Source of the DNA: an uncultured bacterium
GTDB taxonomy: Bacteria; Verrucomicrobiota; Lentisphaeria; Victivallales; UBA1829
Length of the DNA stretch: 24,000 bases
Direction: 5' to 3'
Assembly: GCA_949292215.1 (NCBI GenBank)
Contig: CASEYW010000072.1
Location: forward strand, 35,558 to 59,557
Position numbers and translations under genes: made by a program. Below the pieces are notes generated by a model that saw only the letters and a list, made by a program, of their open reading frames with translations, ran no database searches and was not told where the DNA came from. Shown piece by piece: positions 16,302 to 24,000 of this stretch. Positions within the stretch are counted from its first letter, which is position 1. Every line of letters starts with the position of its first letter.

Positions 16302-17033
16302 TCATTTAAAACATCTGGCAATGTCCAGCTTCTGCCGTTTTGCATCTTCGGCAATCATTTTTGCAACGGCTTCCGCTCCTTTGTCGCGGAAATGAGAATT
16401 ATCCTTCGCTCCCTTCGGATAACCGGGAAATTCACCGGGCTTCACATGAGTGAAGAAGGCTGTGGAAGCATCAGGACCGGCTTTGGAGAGCCAGTCCATG
16501 GTCAGCTTGTTGGCATCGATCACCGGGGTTCCCGTTTCTTTTCCGACTTCACGAGTAACCTGCGGATATTTTCCGAGAGACTGAATCAGTTTCCCCTGTT
16601 TATTGAACAGGCGCCTGGAAACAGAGGTCAGAAGGACCGGATTCGCTTTTTTGGCACGGACTTCGGCAATAAAGCGTTTCAGGTTATTTTTGTAATCCGT
16701 CTCCGCAGCCGCATAAATATCCGCCTTGTCTTTTTTCTGGTCATTATGACCGAACTGAATCATCACAAAATCACCGGGCTTGAGCTCGTTGAGGATCTTA
16801 TCCCACCGCTTTTCGGTCCGGAATGTCTTCGTACTGCGTCCGCCTGCCGCACGGTTTTCCACCCGGACACCTTTCACCGTATAATGGTTCAGCACCTGAG
16901 CCCATCCGGTCATGGGAGCCTGGGCCTTTGAATAATTCGCCGCAGTGGAATCCCCCGCGACAAAAATAGTTGTCTGCGCCATGCAGCACACAGCGATTCC
17001 GGAGATCAGCGCCATACCAAGTAGAAGTTTCAT
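16302..17033 (-). CDS. Secreted SGNH/GDSL hydrolase, rhamnogalacturonan acetylesterase-like
   Basis: Signal peptide MKLLLGMALISGIAVCCMAQ. The SGNH blocks are FVAGDSTAANY (I), AAGGRST (II), QFGHNDQ (III) and DNSHF (V). The track ORF starts at GTG 17039; the ATG at 17033 has AAGGA 8 nt upstream. Confidence 0.75.
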   Translation of the reverse strand: MKLLLGMALISGIAVCCMAQTTIFVAGDSTAANYSKAQAPMTGWAQVLNHYTVKGVRVENRAAGGRSTKTFRTEKRWDKILNELKPGDFVMIQFGHNDQKKDKADIYAAAETDYKNNLKRFIAEVRAKKANPVLLTSVSRRLFNKQGKLIQSLGKYPQVTREVGKETGTPVIDANKLTMDWLSKAGPDASTAFFTHVKPGEFPGYPKGAKDNSHFRDKGAEAVAKMIAEDAKRQKLDIARCFK

Positions 17034-17062
17034 TTTCACAATCCTTTCGTTTTATTTCTGTT

Positions 17063-17090
17063 ACTATATTGCCATCGTTCGCACTTTCAA
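17063..17090 (-). promoter_or_regulatory. Sigma70-type promoter for the esterase gene: TTGAAA-N16-TATAGT
   Basis: Minus strand: TTGAAA (17090..17085), a 16-nt spacer, then TATAGT (17068..17063), about 30 nt upstream of the start codon. Confidence 0.55.
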
Positions 17091-17619
17091 GAGAACGACA
17101 AGAAATCAGTTCAATAAAATGTCATTCTTCCATATTCTTCAGCAGACTCTTCCTTCCGCCGTGTATCTGAGATGATCCTCCAGGCGACCGCCGGAACCGG
17201 GCCTCGGCGGAGCGGGCAGTCTTTTTCCTGATTCAATCCGGAGGATTTCCCCGAGAGCGGGATTCAGCGGAGAAATCGGCCTGACAAATTCCGTTCCGTT
17301 CTTCAACAGCTTTCTGAAAAATAGAGAATCCCGTGTTTTGGAAAAGGAAACATTCGCGAAACCAATACAAGCCATATTTGAAGGAAGATTGACCGCATGC
17401 TGCACCATTGCAACAGAAGCATCGACTTTCTGTATCAGCTTCCGAAACGCGGAAATCGTGTTACCGGCTTTCCATTTCTGTTTCTAGGAAGGTTTGTCTT
17501 TCATTGCTCTCATAATCAGGAATATCCCCCAAATTTTCTGGATGATCCTGTTCGGCGGAAAAAGAGAGCGGATGAATTCTGCGAACCGGCGAGGAGAAAC
17601 GATTTTTCTATTCTCATCC

Positions 17620-17647
17620 TTGACTTTTCCTCAAATTGTAATATTTT
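17620..17647 (+). promoter_or_regulatory. Candidate sigma70 promoter for rpsA: TTGACT-N16-TATTTT
   Basis: TTGACT at 17620..17625, a 16-nt spacer, then TATTTT at 17642..17647. This predicts a leader of about 80 nt. Confidence 0.45.
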
Positions 17648-17733
17648 AAACACTTAACGCATACTCCTGCAATCGGCAGGAATATGATTTGCTGGAAACA
17701 TATCGCAAACAAACCAAAAGAAAACAAGAAAAC

Positions 17734-19497
17734 ATGAGCACAACAGAAGCAACCGCACCGAAAGAGATCAAAAGCTACGTCGATCTCTCCACAGACAACA
17801 TCTCCATGGACGCTCTTCTTGCGAATGAGCAGAAAAGTGAATTCGTAGAGAATTCCATCGTCTCCGGAAAAATCGTCGAAAAGAGAAACGACGGTGTTCT
17901 CGTTGACATCGGCTACAAGGCGGAAGGATTCATTCCCTCCACAGAATTCAGAAACTGGGCTGATGCAAAGGTCGGTGACGAAATCGACGTCTTCCTGGAA
18001 GAAATCGAAAACGAAAACAGCATGCCCGGAATCAGCCTCCAGAAGGCGAACTTCATCAAATCCTGGAACAAGATCACCAGCGAATACGGCGAAGGCAGCG
18101 TCATTACCGGTCTGATGAAACATCGCGTCAAAGGCGGTATCATCATCGATCTCAACGGTGTCGAAGCGTTCCTGCCCGGCTCCCAGATTGACATCGGTCC
18201 CGTCAAGAACATGGACGATTTCATCGGCAAGGAATATGAATTCAAGATTCTCAAGATCAATCAGGATCGCCGGAACATCGTCGTTTCCCGCCGCGAACTC
18301 CTCGAAGAGTCCCGCAAGGATCGGCGCACGCAGCTTCTCAAAGATATGGAAGTCAACCAGATCCGCAAAGGTATCGTCAAGAACATTACCGACTTCGGTG
18401 CGTTCATTGATCTTGGCGGCATAGACGGGCTTCTCCACATTACGGATATGTCCTGGGGCCGCATTTCCCATCCGAACGAAATGCTGGAACTCGGCCAGGA
18501 AATCGAAGTCATGATCCTCGACATCGACTATGAAAAAGAGCGCGTCTCCCTCGGGCTCAAGCAGAAGAGCAAGAATCCGTGGGATGAAGTTGAGGCCAAA
18601 TATCCGGCTGGCTCCACAGTCAAGGGCAGAATCGTCAACATCATGCCTTACGGTGCATTTGTTGAAATTGAAGAAGGAGTCGAAGGACTCATTCACGTCT
18701 CTGAAATGTCCTGGACCAAACGCGTCACGAAGGCCGGCGACATTGTCAGTGTCGGCGAAGAAGTCGAAGCTGTTGTTCTTGACATCGACAAGGAAGGCAA
18801 GAAGATCTCCCTCGGGCTCCGTCAGAAAACCCGCAATCCGTGGGAAGTTCTGGCTGAGAAGTATCCGGCCGGAAGCCGCATCAAAGGCAAAGTCCGCAAC
18901 ATGACCAGCTACGGTGCATTCGTTGAAATCGAAAATGACATCGACGGCATGATCCATGTTTCCGACATGTCCTGGACGCGCAAGATCAACAACCCGAACG
19001 AAATGCTCAAGGTTGGTGATGAAGTCGAAGCCGTCATTCTCGACATCGACCCGCAGCAGCAGAGAATCTCCCTCGGGCTCAAGCAGATCGAAGAGGATCC
19101 CTGGGCAAACATCAACGATCTTTACAAGATCGGCGATGTCGTTTCCGGGAAAGTCACAAAGATCACGGCTTTCGGTGCATTTGTCGAACTCTCCCACAAG
19201 ATCGACGGTCTGGTCCACATCTCTCAGATCAGCAAGGATCGCGTGGAAAAAGTCAAAGACAAACTCTCTCTCGGACAGGAAATCGAAGCCAGAGTCATTA
19301 AGATCGACCGCGATGAACGCCGTATCGGGCTCTCCATCAAGGCGCTTGAGGAAGGCTTCTCCGAAGATGATCTCAAGGCGGCCGGGGAAGAAGTCGCTGC
19401 TGCTCTGAAACCGGGCGAAGCGCTCGGAGATATGGGCCAGCTGATCGGTGACAGTCTCGACAGCCTTGATGTTGTCCGCGAAAGCAAAAAAGACTGA
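17734..19497 (+). CDS. rpsA: 30S ribosomal protein S1 (six S1 domains)
   Basis: Six repeats of the S1 OB-fold pattern (G.V..I...GAFV.L...I.GL.H.S..SW). The track ORF begins at TTG 17689; the ATG at 17734 (MSTTEATAPKE) is preferred. Confidence 0.97.
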   Translation: MSTTEATAPKEIKSYVDLSTDNISMDALLANEQKSEFVENSIVSGKIVEKRNDGVLVDIGYKAEGFIPSTEFRNWADAKVGDEIDVFLEEIENENSMPGISLQKANFIKSWNKITSEYGEGSVITGLMKHRVKGGIIIDLNGVEAFLPGSQIDIGPVKNMDDFIGKEYEFKILKINQDRRNIVVSRRELLEESRKDRRTQLLKDMEVNQIRKGIVKNITDFGAFIDLGGIDGLLHITDMSWGRISHPNEMLELGQEIEVMILDIDYEKERVSLGLKQKSKNPWDEVEAKYPAGSTVKGRIVNIMPYGAFVEIEEGVEGLIHVSEMSWTKRVTKAGDIVSVGEEVEAVVLDIDKEGKKISLGLRQKTRNPWEVLAEKYPAGSRIKGKVRNMTSYGAFVEIENDIDGMIHVSDMSWTRKINNPNEMLKVGDEVEAVILDIDPQQQRISLGLKQIEEDPWANINDLYKIGDVVSGKVTKITAFGAFVELSHKIDGLVHISQISKDRVEKVKDKLSLGQEIEARVIKIDRDERRIGLSIKALEEGFSEDDLKAAGEEVAAALKPGEALGDMGQLIGDSLDSLDVVRESKKD

Positions 19498-19531
19498 ATA
19501 ACCCATATCCGCATCGGAAGGAATTCATGTA

Positions 19532-20830
19532 ATGTCTGAGAACTTTGCAGAGTTGCAGTTAAGTTTCGATTTTGCGGATACGGACCATACAAAAATCCAC
19601 GGAGAGCGGCAAATCGCCGCTCCCGTGGATGATTCTTTACTCGAAGACGATGAAGAGGAAAACTCCTCCGGAGACAACGCCGGGGAATTAACTTCGCCTT
19701 CCGCCTTACCCGAACTCCCGGAAGAGGAACTTCCGGAAAATCAGTATTCTGAGATGGAATCCGAAGAAGACTTCCACGCAGAAAATTCATCTGACTTGAT
19801 CTCTGAACCGGAATCTTCCGCCTTACCTGAATCTTCTTCTCCGGACCCGCTGCCGCAGGAACCCGCTCCTGCATCATCTGCACAAACGGAAGAACAGAAA
19901 TCCGCCGTTGTAAAATTGCAGCAGGGATTTGCACAGCAGACTCCGCAGATCACTGTTGTGCAAAAATTTGTCTACTCGGAATTCTCACGGCATGAACCGG
20001 TGGAAGAAGAACATCCCGCATCAGAGCCGGAACCACCTCCGATGGTCCCGGCGGCAACGCCATCCCGTGCCATTTCCCGGCAGCCGCTGGTCTTTCAGCG
20101 GGAATTGCAGCGGGCTGCTCTTGCATGGCTTGCATCAGGCTTTCCGACCGCTGCGGCGACACGTGTTCCGACCCGTCTGATCAAATTCCGTGCCGATGCC
20201 GCGGCCTTCTGGTCCACCCCCGGGAAAAACCGTCTGCTTCAGCCGGAGCGCACGGTCCTTGTGGAAGCGCGGGCAACACGGAGCTCCTGCTGGCCGGAGT
20301 GTTCCGGCAGCGAAGAGATTGTCCCCCAGCTCCGTTTCGAACAGGAACGCCGGCAGGCAATTGAAGCGGAAATCCGGATTCGGGAACCGCATCTGCGCGA
20401 TTCCGACGTTCTCTTCCCGGAAATTGAATACTGGGATTACTCCGGAACCAGAAATCCGGAATACAAAATCTGCCTGCGCAAGATCCGTGAGTACGAACGT
20501 GCCCTCTACCGGGGCAGCCGTTTCGAACGAATCCGCCGGGCCAATGTGGCAAACGAGCTTTACCTTGCGGTTCCAGAAGGACTGATCCATCCGAACGAAC
20601 TGGCGGAGGGATGGGGACTGCTCTACGTCTCCCGCAACTTGTCCGTCAAAGTGGCCAAACAGGCGTTGCCGCGGGAATGTCCGCAGGAGAACATGCTGCA
20701 TCTGTCGCAAAACATTGCGGCCTCCTCGCTGAATGACGTTCTGTTTGCCCATGGGGTTTATCTTTCTTCCAGCGGAAAAATCTCGTTCCGTCGTCCACCT
20801 CGCCGCCGCAGACTGGAACATTTTCTCTGA
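19532..20830 (+). CDS. Hypothetical protein: acidic Pro/Ser/Glu-rich disordered N-terminal half plus a conserved-looking C-terminal domain with a possible PD-(D/E)XK (MmcB/DUF1052-like) layout
   Basis: 432-aa ORF starting 34 nt after rpsA, with AAGGA 9 nt upstream. Residues 1 to about 185 are low-complexity and acidic. The C-terminal half contains FRADAAAF...TVLVEARATRSS and ELYLAVPEGLIHPNELAEGWGLLYV. The antisense ORF 20135..20893 looks spurious. Confidence 0.8.
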   Translation: MSENFAELQLSFDFADTDHTKIHGERQIAAPVDDSLLEDDEEENSSGDNAGELTSPSALPELPEEELPENQYSEMESEEDFHAENSSDLISEPESSALPESSSPDPLPQEPAPASSAQTEEQKSAVVKLQQGFAQQTPQITVVQKFVYSEFSRHEPVEEEHPASEPEPPPMVPAATPSRAISRQPLVFQRELQRAALAWLASGFPTAAATRVPTRLIKFRADAAAFWSTPGKNRLLQPERTVLVEARATRSSCWPECSGSEEIVPQLRFEQERRQAIEAEIRIREPHLRDSDVLFPEIEYWDYSGTRNPEYKICLRKIREYERALYRGSRFERIRRANVANELYLAVPEGLIHPNELAEGWGLLYVSRNLSVKVAKQALPRECPQENMLHLSQNIAASSLNDVLFAHGVYLSSSGKISFRRPPRRRRLEHFL

Positions 20831-20891
20831 CCAATCCGGCTCCGGAACAAAAATCCGTTCCGTCATGCCGCAACCCCGGGAGGAACAAATC

Positions 20892-21773
20892 ATGTATGAG
20901 CTGATTCAGGTTGCGGAAAACACATTCTGCATTGAAAGCCCGTCGAAAATCGGAATTTTCCGCGAATCGGAGCACGAGGTCTATCTCATCGACAGCGGGA
21001 ATGACAAGGATGCCGCAAAAAAAATTCTCAAACACCTGGAACAGCATCAGTGGCATCTCAAAGCGATTCTCCTGACCCATTCCAATGCCGACCATTCCGG
21101 CGGGGCCCGGTATCTCAGGGAACGCACCTCATGTCCGGTTTATGCCTCCGATGCCGAATGCGATTTTATCCGACACCCCGCACTGGAATCATCGTTCCTT
21201 TACGGAGGTTTCCCCTGCAAATTCCTGAGAAACAAGTTCCTGATGGCACCAACCTGCGAAGCGGAACCGCTCTCCAAAGCGTCTCTCCCCCCCGGAATGG
21301 AAACTCTGGACCTGCCGGGGCATTTTTTCGGAATGACCGGTTTCCGCACCCCGGACGGAGTCTGGTTTCTTGCCGACTGCATGGGTGGAGAACACATTCT
21401 GGACAAATACCATATCTTTTTCATGTACGACGTGGCAGAATATCTGAACACACTGGACCGGATCGAAGAGCTCTCCGGCAACTGTTTCATCCCCTCCCAT
21501 GCACCAATCCTGGAAACGCCCATTCCCCTGGCCCGGCAAAACCGTGAAAAGGTTCATGAAGTGCTGAATCTCCTCACGGAACTCTGCCGCGAACCACTCC
21601 AGTTTGAGGAGATCCTGAAACGAGTCTTCGACCATTACGCGCTGCACCTGGATTTCAATCAATATGTACTGGTCGGGAGCACGATCCGCTCCTGTCTCTC
21701 GTATCTCTGCGACACAGAAAGCCTCTCCGCGGAATTCAAAGGGAACCGTCTGCTCTGGAAAACGACCCGGTGA
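20892..21773 (+). CDS. MBL-fold metallo-hydrolase with a variant metal motif
   Basis: VYLIDSGND...AILLTHSNADHSGGARYL corresponds to the HxHxDH region of the metallo-beta-lactamase fold but reads HxNxDH. The ATG at 20892 has GGGAGG about 10 nt upstream; the track extension to 20733 overlaps the previous gene. Confidence 0.85.
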   Translation: MYELIQVAENTFCIESPSKIGIFRESEHEVYLIDSGNDKDAAKKILKHLEQHQWHLKAILLTHSNADHSGGARYLRERTSCPVYASDAECDFIRHPALESSFLYGGFPCKFLRNKFLMAPTCEAEPLSKASLPPGMETLDLPGHFFGMTGFRTPDGVWFLADCMGGEHILDKYHIFFMYDVAEYLNTLDRIEELSGNCFIPSHAPILETPIPLARQNREKVHEVLNLLTELCREPLQFEEILKRVFDHYALHLDFNQYVLVGSTIRSCLSYLCDTESLSAEFKGNRLLWKTTR

Positions 21774-21783
21774 GAAAAGAAGT

Positions 21784-22674
21784 TCAAAACAGCAGCTGGC
21801 CATCACAGATGGCGGCATCCTCTCCACAGACAAAAGAGAGCGATGGAATTTCATGCCCGAATGCCAGTCCGTTCAAAACCGGTCCGCTGACAAAACCGGC
21901 AAACTCGCGGAAGAGAGTTCTGCGCTCCCCCTCCTCCCCGCAGTCTGTGAACTGAGCGAAAACCAGCCCGGAAACCCGTCTGAGAATTCCCGCATGACGA
22001 AGCTGGGTCAGGTGACGATCCAGTTTCCGCACCGGTTCGCCGATATCCTCCACAATCAGAATCGTTCCGGAGAAATCCGGCAGATACTCCGATCCGCAAA
22101 GCGCGGTAAGAAGAGTCAGGTTCGCCGTAAGGATTCGTCCCTGGCACACCCCCTCCCTGAGCACTTCCAGCGAAATGGCATCGGAAACGCTCTTTTTGCC
22201 GCAGAACGCCACATTCAACGCACGCTGAAAGGAGTGGAACGTCCGGGAATCCTTCATGGATTCTGAAAGATTCGCCGCCATCTGCCCAGCGACCGGGATG
22301 CCGGCCTGTTTCGCAAGCATTGCAAGATGAATCGCCGTAATGTCACTGAAGCCGATCAGAGGCAGGGATCGGCTGCGCAGGGTGTCCCAGTCGATCCGGT
22401 CCAGGATTCGCGGAGAACCATATCCGCCGCGAAGACACTGGATCAGGTCGATGGACGGATCGCGAATCAAACGGTTCAGATCCTCCGCCCGCTCTTCATC
22501 GGTCGCGGCTAGATACGGCAGAGCTGTTCCGGAAAAAAGATGCGTTCCTTCCACCGGCTCAATCCCGCGTTCACGCAGCCAGCTTCTTGATCGTTCGAAA
22601 CGATCATGGTCGGCGGTGCTTGCGGGAGCGGCAATCCCGATTTTTTTCACTTGTATCGGAAACGGATTTTTCAT
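21784..22674 (-). CDS. ldcA: LD-carboxypeptidase (peptidase S66, muramoyltetrapeptide carboxypeptidase)
   Basis: Contains YLAATDEERAEDLN, RGGYGS and GFSDITAIH (the nucleophile Ser), with a C-terminal GHE block. The length of 296 aa is typical. Confidence 0.85.
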   Translation of the reverse strand: MKNPFPIQVKKIGIAAPASTADHDRFERSRSWLRERGIEPVEGTHLFSGTALPYLAATDEERAEDLNRLIRDPSIDLIQCLRGGYGSPRILDRIDWDTLRSRSLPLIGFSDITAIHLAMLAKQAGIPVAGQMAANLSESMKDSRTFHSFQRALNVAFCGKKSVSDAISLEVLREGVCQGRILTANLTLLTALCGSEYLPDFSGTILIVEDIGEPVRKLDRHLTQLRHAGILRRVSGLVFAQFTDCGEEGERRTLFREFAGFVSGPVLNGLAFGHEIPSLSFVCGEDAAICDGQLLF

Positions 22675-22683
22675 GATGCTGTT

Positions 22684-22711
22684 ATTATAACGCGGAAAAA
22701 AAAATAAACAA
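22684..22711 (-). promoter_or_regulatory. Sigma70-type promoter for ldcA: TTGTTT-N16-TATAAT, placed 9 nt from the ATG
   Basis: Minus strand: TTGTTT (22711..22706), a 16-nt spacer, a perfect TATAAT (22689..22684), then aacagcatc and ATG. There is no SD in between. Confidence 0.5.
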
Positions 22712-22803
22712 GCAGGAATTTTTCTTTCCCGTGTGCTATTTTACCACAGATTGGAATCAAAAACCAAACCACGTTCCGAAAGCGGAAAACAGAAGGGAAC
22801 ATC

Positions 22804-23637
22804 ATGACGGCGAACGAACTGAAACAGCAGATTTTCAAAATGCTGGAACAATGCGACAATGCGGAACAGGAGTCCGGCTGGATCGTCTCGCGGGCAACAG
22901 CGATTCCCGCAATGGAACTTCTGTTCAACTGCCGTCCGCTGGAGGAGTCTGAAATCGCACGGGCAAAGGCTATGGCGGAACGCCGGCGGAACGGAGAACC
23001 GCTCCAGTACATTCTGGGGGATGAATATTTCGGAGATCTTCTTCTGAAAGTTGGAAGGGGATGCCTGATTCCACGTCCTGAGACCTGGGGGATCGTCGAA
23101 TTTCTGGAACCCCGCCTTCCCCATGGAGGAAGCTGCTGTGAACTGGGCGTCGGTTCCGGAGCCATCTCCATCGCGATCGCCCGCGCACGAACCGACGTAT
23201 CCGTCTTCGGCAGCGAACTTTCCGCCGATGCGCTCTACTGGGCGAAACGCAATCTTGCCGCGTATGATCTTCCCAATGTCGAGTTCCGGCAGGGCTCCCT
23301 GTTCGAACCATTTCCAGGAATGAAATTCGACGCCGTGGCAGCCAACCTTCCCTACATTCCCTTCCAGGAGAAAAAGAACCTGCAAAAAGAAGTCCGCGAT
23401 TTTGAACCGGAAATCGCCCTGTTCGCAGAAGACAACGGAATGGACCTGATCAAGAAAGCCCTCCTCGGACTGCGGGATCATCTGACTCCGGATGGAATCG
23501 CCATCTTTGAAATGGGCGAGGAACAGACCGCCCCTCTTGCCGAATACGCAAAAACCCTTCCCTTTCTGAAACATCCCGAAATCCGGAAAGACTGCTTCGG
23601 CGCCAACCGCTTTCTCGAAGTCGCTTTTCAGGGTTGA
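22804..23637 (+). CDS. prmC: Peptide chain release factor N5-glutamine methyltransferase (PrmC/HemK family)
   Basis: HemK N-domain with GEPLQYILG...F......V....LIPRPET, SAM motif ELGVGSGAISIA, and the catalytic motif read as NLPY (23344..23355) instead of the canonical NPPY. A GAAGGGA SD lies upstream. Confidence 0.85.
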   Translation: MTANELKQQIFKMLEQCDNAEQESGWIVSRATAIPAMELLFNCRPLEESEIARAKAMAERRRNGEPLQYILGDEYFGDLLLKVGRGCLIPRPETWGIVEFLEPRLPHGGSCCELGVGSGAISIAIARARTDVSVFGSELSADALYWAKRNLAAYDLPNVEFRQGSLFEPFPGMKFDAVAANLPYIPFQEKKNLQKEVRDFEPEIALFAEDNGMDLIKKALLGLRDHLTPDGIAIFEMGEEQTAPLAEYAKTLPFLKHPEIRKDCFGANRFLEVAFQG

Positions 23638-23672
23638 TCTACTCGAAAAGCATAAAAAATGCGGGGGAGATC

Positions 23673-23701
23673 TTGAGAAAATGCGTTTGAGGGTGTAAAT
23701 T
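23673..23701 (+). promoter_or_regulatory. Candidate promoter for the lipoprotein gene: TTGAGA-N17-TAAATT
   Basis: TTGAGA at 23673..23678, a 17-nt spacer, then TAAATT at 23696..23701. The octamer ATCTTGAG recurs at about 23713. Confidence 0.3.
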
Positions 23702-23775
23702 ACCGGGATTACAATCTTGAGCTTTGGACAGATCGGTCCGAAAACACAATGACAAACATAACACGGGACATTTGC

Positions 23776-24000
23776 ATGAGAAAAATCATCGCCTCCGGAA
23801 CGCTTGCCTCACTTGCTCTGATTCTGCTTCTTCTCCTCTCCGCCTGCGGGGACAATTCGAAAAACCTGACCGTGGCGGAAGTGAAAATCGCCGATGGAGC
23901 TGAACAGTGCGCACTGCCGGGCGAAACCTTTTCCAAACAGCTCCGGGTAGAACTGCTCGGACGGGAAAAGGGACTGAATCTCCGGACGGGAACCAAACTG
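23776..24000 (+). CDS. Putative lipoprotein (5' partial, runs off the window)
   Basis: My own translation from ATG 23776 gives MRKIIASGTLASLALILLLLLSACGDNSKNLTVAEVK..., with 75 open codons to the window end. It has a signal peptide and the lipobox LSAC. It is absent from the ORF track because no stop falls inside the window. Confidence 0.6.
   Translation, partial: MRKIIASGTLASLALILLLLLSACGDNSKNLTVAEVKIADGAEQCALPGETFSKQLRVELLGREKGLNLRTGTKL

Noticed and set aside
17614-19506. 630-aa ORF on the minus strand covering all of rpsA
   Set aside because: It is exactly antisense to a six-domain S1 protein with unmistakable repeats. Its translation is low-complexity (D/F/V-rich) with no recognisable motif. 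Long antisense frames are expected opposite GAx/GTx-rich genes.
20135-20893. 252-aa minus-strand ORF opposite the 432-aa unknown gene
   Set aside because: It has no SD and an Arg/Gly/Phe-rich translation. The plus-strand frame is longer, sits in operon spacing after rpsA and has an AAGGA SD.
23669-23720. Two copies of ATCTTGAG about 40 nt apart upstream of the lipoprotein gene, as a regulator binding site
   Set aside because: An 8-nt repeat occurring twice is weak evidence. One copy is better explained as the -35 element (TTGAGA) of a candidate promoter. I found no palindromic or phased structure.

Overview
This 24 kb window looks like ordinary core chromosome from a diderm (Gram-negative-type) bacterium of moderate GC. 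I cannot assign a taxon from sequence alone. I call 25 protein-coding genes, one of them partial at the right edge. I found no rRNA, tRNA, CRISPR array, transposase, integrase or phage genes. Layout from left to right: (1) A minus-strand operon arnC-arnA-arnD (L-Ara4N lipid A modification), ending with an LPS-kinase-family gene whose catalytic Asp is missing. (2) A divergent marR-MATE efflux pair with a near-consensus promoter and a 35-bp palindromic operator. (3) A minus-strand string purB-rluB-pfk-UPF0489. (4) A stand-alone 61-65 codon gene bracketed by two terminators. (5) A minus-strand string aroQ-accB-accC-asp23-asp23-amaP. (6) ttcA, convergent with a secreted SGNH esterase. (7) About 530 bp of gene-free spacer carrying an interrupted reading frame. 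(8) rpsA, then an unknown 432-aa protein (acidic disordered N-terminal half, nuclease-like C-terminal half), then an MBL-fold hydrolase. (9) ldcA, prmC and the start of a lipoprotein gene. Several promoters can be read directly, including two of the form TTGAAA-N17-TGnTATATT, and two genes (aroQ, ldcA) look leaderless. I do not see a convincing new multi-gene system such as a defence island. The best leads are single genes or gene linkages: the 432-aa unknown protein, the arn operon ending in a probable pseudokinase, the accBC-Asp23 linkage, the orphan small gene and the UPF0489 gene. All functional calls come from recognising motifs by eye and need HMM or BLAST confirmation.
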